Of a stretch of 64,000 bases of DNA, positions 60,065 through 64,000 are shown piece by piece. A model generated the notes under the pieces. It saw only the letters and a program-made list of their open reading frames with translations. It made no database searches and was not told the origin of the DNA. A program made the position numbers and the translations under genes. Positions within the stretch are counted from its first letter, which is position 1; every line of letters starts with the position of its first letter. The stretch is from Patescibacteria group bacterium (GTDB lineage Bacteria > Patescibacteriota > Minisyncoccia > Phycocordibacterales > PALSA-1337). Location: assembly GCA_024654575.1 (NCBI GenBank), contig JANLHG010000020.1, forward strand, positions 55,991 through 119,990, in the 5' to 3' direction.

Positions 60065-61126
60065 TTATTTATTATAACATTTATTTAAAGATAATACTCC
60101 AATGAATAACGCTACATCAGATTTAGCTTTTCCACCTAATATGAAATAATTTTTTAATTTTTCTTCATCTAACCTAACAATATCAAACAATTCATGATTA
60201 ATTGCGTCTGCTAAAAAAATACTAAAGATATTATTCATTAAAATAAATATTTTTTTAGGAGAGGTTATTTTATTAAATTGTTCTAACCACCTTTTTTGTA
60301 TTTCTGAAAAAATTATTTCCAGCTTTTTACTCATTTCTAGCTCAATACTTTTATTTAAATACGTTTTTGCTAATGATTCAGACACACCAACTTCTGTATT
60401 AAGGACATTAGAAATGTGTCTTATCATTGAATTAGAACCAAAAGGAAATGATGTACTATAGGTTGATATTCCATTTCTCACAATATCCATATTTGTAAGT
60501 TCTCCATTAACATCAATAAGCATAAAATCTTTTTCATCTGGAAAAATATCATTGATAATTGAACAAGATAAAAGAGTGAATGAATGTGCTAAGCTTTTTT
60601 GAAAATTAAAAGAACGCGATACGACATTTTCTACTTTTGAAAAAATATCTTTACTAATAGCACTTGCGAGTATAGGAAGTTCTATTAAATGAGCTTTTTT
60701 ACCAACGGGATCCAAAACTTCATATCCATTCAATTTTATATTTAATGATTTGTGTTCAATAATCATCATATCCTCATCAAACTTAATTTCTTTTTCTTGC
60801 GATTGCAAAAGATTTTTTATGAAAGAATGAGTTACAGTAATTTCTTTATTTTCCTTATGGGTAAAAGTCTTTGTTTGAGAAATAACCCACGGTGAAGAAA
60901 AAACATAAAAAACCTCTTCAATAATTCCTTCTTGGGGAATTGTTTCTGTGACTTTTTCAAGCGAACGCAACATCTCTGCTAGAAGTTTTTGAGAATCTGG
61001 TTTTTTTTGAAAGAGAATTGGCTGTCTGTTTGTATAAATAATTTTCGGTTCTTTTTTTTCTGACAATTCCACCAACGCTCCTCCAACTGTTCCGCTTGCA
61101 ATATCATAAACAATAGATAAAGACAT
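60065..61126 (-). CDS. actin-fold ATPase domain protein (PilM/FtsA-like), putative
   Basis: N-terminal IVYDIASGTVGGALVEL and central FMLIDVNGELTNMDIVRNG resemble the two phosphate-binding loops of PilM/FtsA; start trimmed to MSLSIVYD. Confidence 0.4.
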   Translation of the reverse strand: MSLSIVYDIASGTVGGALVELSEKKEPKIIYTNRQPILFQKKPDSQKLLAEMLRSLEKVTETIPQEGIIEEVFYVFSSPWVISQTKTFTHKENKEITVTHSFIKNLLQSQEKEIKFDEDMMIIEHKSLNIKLNGYEVLDPVGKKAHLIELPILASAISKDIFSKVENVVSRSFNFQKSLAHSFTLLSCSIINDIFPDEKDFMLIDVNGELTNMDIVRNGISTYSTSFPFGSNSMIRHISNVLNTEVGVSESLAKTYLNKSIELEMSKKLEIIFSEIQKRWLEQFNKITSPKKIFILMNNIFSIFLADAINHELFDIVRLDEEKLKNYFILGGKAKSDVALFIGVLSLNKCYNK

Positions 61127-61133
61127 GGGAATA

Positions 61134-62750
61134 TTATAGCACAACCGCTTTGATTCTACGCACACCGGCGGAGACGGCTTCTTCTTTTAAGATTTTAAAT
61201 GTGCCGAGTTCAGAAGTATTTTTTATATGCGGACCACCACAAAATTCTTTTGAAATTACGTTACCATTTTTATCTTCCACAATATAAACAGATACAACAT
61301 CTGGATATTTTGCACCAAATTCCATTTCTGCACCTATCTTTTCCGCTTCCTTGAGTGGCATTTCTTTACGTACGATATTTAAATCATCTTTTATTTTTTC
61401 ATTTACCCAATCTTCTACTTTTTTCTTTTCATCATCAGTCAGTTTATGGTCGCAAAGAAAATCCATACGCAATCGTTCTTCGGTGATGTTGCTTCCTCTC
61501 TGTTTAATATTTTTATCTACCAATGCTTGTAATCCAGCTAAAAGCAAATGATGTGCGGTATGTAATTTAACAGTTTTTTCATTATGATTTGCTAGTCCGC
61601 CCTTGAACATTCCCGCCGAAGAAGTTTGAGAAAGTTTTTGATGTTCAACCATTTTCTTATTGAAGTCTTCTAGATCTATTTTTTTGCCTTTTCCTGCCTG
61701 CGCAGGCAGGTCTTTTGCCAGTTCAAGCGTTAATTCAAGAGGAAAACCATAGGTAGTAAACAAAATAAACGGATCAGTACCTTTCTCAAACTCCACTAAT
61801 CCGATTGCTAAAGTCTTTCTAAACTTTGTTTCTTCTTCATTAAACTTCTCGCTAATTTTGACCCCAATGCGGTCAGAATAAAGAGTCACACGACGAATAA
61901 GACGACGAAGTACATACCCGCGTCCGGCATTGGACGGTTCTACTCCTTCTTTTATTATTTCTAGTGCTGCTCGTGTATGATCAGCTATAATTCGTTCTTC
62001 TCTTGTTTTTTCATTATTAAACAAATCTGTTTCGTAAACATCTTTCTTTTTTTGCACTGTCGCAACTAATCTCTCAAAGCCCATACCAGTATCAATACCC
62101 ATCACATCAAGCTTTTTTAATTTTGCTTCGCCTTTATCAAGTTTTTCGCGCGAACCATCACAAAAATACTCATTAAAAACAATATTCCAAATTTCCACAT
62201 CTTGTCCGTCAGCATTTTTGCAATAAATTTCTGTTGTTGGACCACAAGGACCTGAATCCCCCGTTGGACCCCAGAAAACATCTGAACCATCTTCACGAAT
62301 ATCTTTAATTCCAAGTTCTTTCCAGATATTTTCTGATTCTTCATCTCTCGGCACCAGACCTTCCCCTTTATAAAACGTGACATAAGAAATTTCAAGTCCC
62401 AATTCTTTTACAATAAAATCGTAAGCATAAGTTATTGCTTCTTTTCGATTATATCCACCAAAAGAAAAATTACCCAACATTTCAAAAAATGTAAGATGAT
62501 TAGCATCACCAACTTCATCTATGTCAACAGTCCGAACGCATTTTTGAACCGAAGCTGTATTTTTAGAACCAAAATCACGAACAGCATTTTCTGGAGCTGT
62601 ATAATAAGATTTAAATTGTTGCATTCCAGCAGTCGTAAATAAGACAGTCGGGTCATCTGGCACTAACGAAGCCGAAGGAATTATTTTGTGTCCCCTATTC
62701 TTAAAAAATTCCAAAAATTTTATACGAATTTCATCAGATTTCATTAGCAA
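61134..62750 (-). CDS. alaS: alanine--tRNA ligase, compact form (538 aa: catalytic + editing HxxxH/GGxH motifs, no C-Ala domain)
   Basis: FTTAGMQQF, TFFEMLGNFSFG, HTAHHLL, CGGPHIKNT...GVRRIKAV. Confidence 0.85.
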   Translation of the reverse strand: MLMKSDEIRIKFLEFFKNRGHKIIPSASLVPDDPTVLFTTAGMQQFKSYYTAPENAVRDFGSKNTASVQKCVRTVDIDEVGDANHLTFFEMLGNFSFGGYNRKEAITYAYDFIVKELGLEISYVTFYKGEGLVPRDEESENIWKELGIKDIREDGSDVFWGPTGDSGPCGPTTEIYCKNADGQDVEIWNIVFNEYFCDGSREKLDKGEAKLKKLDVMGIDTGMGFERLVATVQKKKDVYETDLFNNEKTREERIIADHTRAALEIIKEGVEPSNAGRGYVLRRLIRRVTLYSDRIGVKISEKFNEEETKFRKTLAIGLVEFEKGTDPFILFTTYGFPLELTLELAKDLPAQAGKGKKIDLEDFNKKMVEHQKLSQTSSAGMFKGGLANHNEKTVKLHTAHHLLLAGLQALVDKNIKQRGSNITEERLRMDFLCDHKLTDDEKKKVEDWVNEKIKDDLNIVRKEMPLKEAEKIGAEMEFGAKYPDVVSVYIVEDKNGNVISKEFCGGPHIKNTSELGTFKILKEEAVSAGVRRIKAVVL

Positions 62751-62756
62751 AATATA

Positions 62757-63353
62757 TCACATTTTATACTTTTTTAAAATCTCAAAATCTTTTTTTAATT
62801 CGTCAATTTTATTTGGATTATAAACCGCCATACAAGGATGATATAAAGTGACAATGTTTATGTCCCCATAATTCGTTTTGGCTTCATAGGCTTTGCCGTG
62901 AGCCTTACCTATCGTTTCAATTTTTAAATCAAGGGCAAATTTTTTCATAATATAATTCATAGCATATCGACCAAGTGTGGCGACAACCCGCGGTTTTATA
63001 ATTTCAATTTGCCTATCCAAAAATGGACCATAACATTCTATTTCTTCCGGAAATGGGTCACGATTTTGAGGTGGACGATCTTTAACTATATTTGTCACAT
63101 AAACTGATTCCCTAGCAATATTTACATGTTTCAATAATTTATCTAAAACTTTCCCGGCTGTTCCACAAAAAGGCCTACCGGTTTTAGCTTCATTTCGTCC
63201 TGGAGCTTCTCCAATAAACATAATTATTGCATCATGATTACCTTCGCCGATTACTGGAAACATTTCATTTTTTATTCGATCATTATAAAGTGGAGATTTT
63301 TTTAAATTTAAAACATCCTCTTTTATTTTTCTTAGTTCGTCGAATTTTGACAT
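62757..63353 (-). CDS. uracil-DNA glycosylase, family 4
   Basis: GEAPG...GRPFCGTAG motif. Confidence 0.8.
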   Translation of the reverse strand: MSKFDELRKIKEDVLNLKKSPLYNDRIKNEMFPVIGEGNHDAIIMFIGEAPGRNEAKTGRPFCGTAGKVLDKLLKHVNIARESVYVTNIVKDRPPQNRDPFPEEIECYGPFLDRQIEIIKPRVVATLGRYAMNYIMKKFALDLKIETIGKAHGKAYEAKTNYGDINIVTLYHPCMAVYNPNKIDELKKDFEILKKYKM

Positions 63354-64000
63354 AATGATTTCACTTCTTCAATAACCTGTTCCAGATGTTCTCCTTTAAT
63401 TCCAACTTCTTCAAGAGTTTTATTATCAGTAATCAAAGAATTGCAAGATACTAACCCCCTTTCTATTAAATCTTTTTTTTCAGCAACAGTTAAAGTCGTA
63501 AGACAAGTAATTGGATGAAGTCCAGAATCCTCAATCAAATCTTGTAAATTTCCTTTCATTGGATAATTCCATCCCACTAATCGCAATCCTTGACATTGAG
63601 CATATTCAATAGCACTTGATGTAAACTTAGTATTAGTTATAAGCCAACCCTCGCTTAGTTTTTTCATCTTTCCATAATTAAACATAGCCCCTTCTAAATC
63701 TTCGTAACGTGCCTTAACATACAAAGCTACTTTCAAATCTGATTTAACTCCAGATTGGTTATGAAATTTCGCCTCAATCATAATAAGTTTGTTTTCATTC
63801 CAAGCGATAACATCTACTTCATGTTCAGCACAATGACCTTTAACTATTTTATCTGTTTCAACTGTATATCCTTTTTGTTTCCATATTTCAGCAATAAATT
63901 TTTCAAAAGGAAAACCTGATGGCCCAAAACCTAAAAGTGAACGGCGAAGGGAATACTTTAAAGCTAACGGTTTTTGGCTTTTGTGTAATAAATAAAAAGC
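63332..64000 (-). CDS. Mrr-like restriction endonuclease domain protein, partial (N-terminus beyond window end)
   Basis: Minus-strand reading frame open from 63332 to window end; FPFEKFIAEIWKQKGYTVETDKIVKGHCAEHEVDVIAWNENKLIMIEAKF... typical Mrr_cat PD-(D/E)xK; ORF track reports only the internal-Met portion. Confidence 0.55.
   Translation of the reverse strand, partial: AFYLLHKSQKPLALKYSLRRSLLGFGPSGFPFEKFIAEIWKQKGYTVETDKIVKGHCAEHEVDVIAWNENKLIMIEAKFHNQSGVKSDLKVALYVKARYEDLEGAMFNYGKMKKLSEGWLITNTKFTSSAIEYAQCQGLRLVGWNYPMKGNLQDLIEDSGLHPITCLTTLTVAEKKDLIERGLVSCNSLITDNKTLEEVGIKGEHLEQVIEEVKSLCQNSTN

Overview
Low-GC (~32%), gene-dense window, most consistent with a small-genome bacterium of the Patescibacteria/CPR type. 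The standard genetic code appears to be in use, because housekeeping genes terminate at the expected lengths. The right third (39-64 kb) is conserved core. It holds a DEAD-box helicase, class II RNR, DsbA/VKOR, tgt, FKBP, a pseudouridine synthase, LOG, RRM protein, grpE-dnaK, the alpha-operon ribosomal cluster (infA-rpmJ-rpsM-rpsK-rpsD-rpoA-rplQ, then rplM-rpsI), alaS and UDG. The left two thirds are accessory. They start with a truncated large serine recombinase followed by many small unknown genes, an HNH nuclease, an S49 peptidase and an ImmA-like peptidase. Next comes a tightly packed, co-directional Type I RM operon (hsdR, a fused hsdM-hsdS) that also carries a trypsin-like protease, a putative HEPN/zinc-ribbon protein and a GIY-YIG nuclease. 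Further right are a direct-repeat-bracketed two-gene cassette, a divergent cluster of eukaryote-like protein methyltransferases (PRMT-like plus two minimal SET-domain proteins), and a Type II RM with two beta-class methyltransferases. There are also two atypical tRNA-like genes in repeated cassettes (inverted repeats, ~100-bp conserved tail), each downstream of a thrice-repeated ~85-bp promoter element that also drives nrdJ. Other points are a high-GC island with a PurM-like gene, several GC-rich putative structured RNAs, and one canonical tRNA-Val. No CRISPR array or rRNA was seen. All calls come from reading the sequence by eye; nothing was searched against a database.
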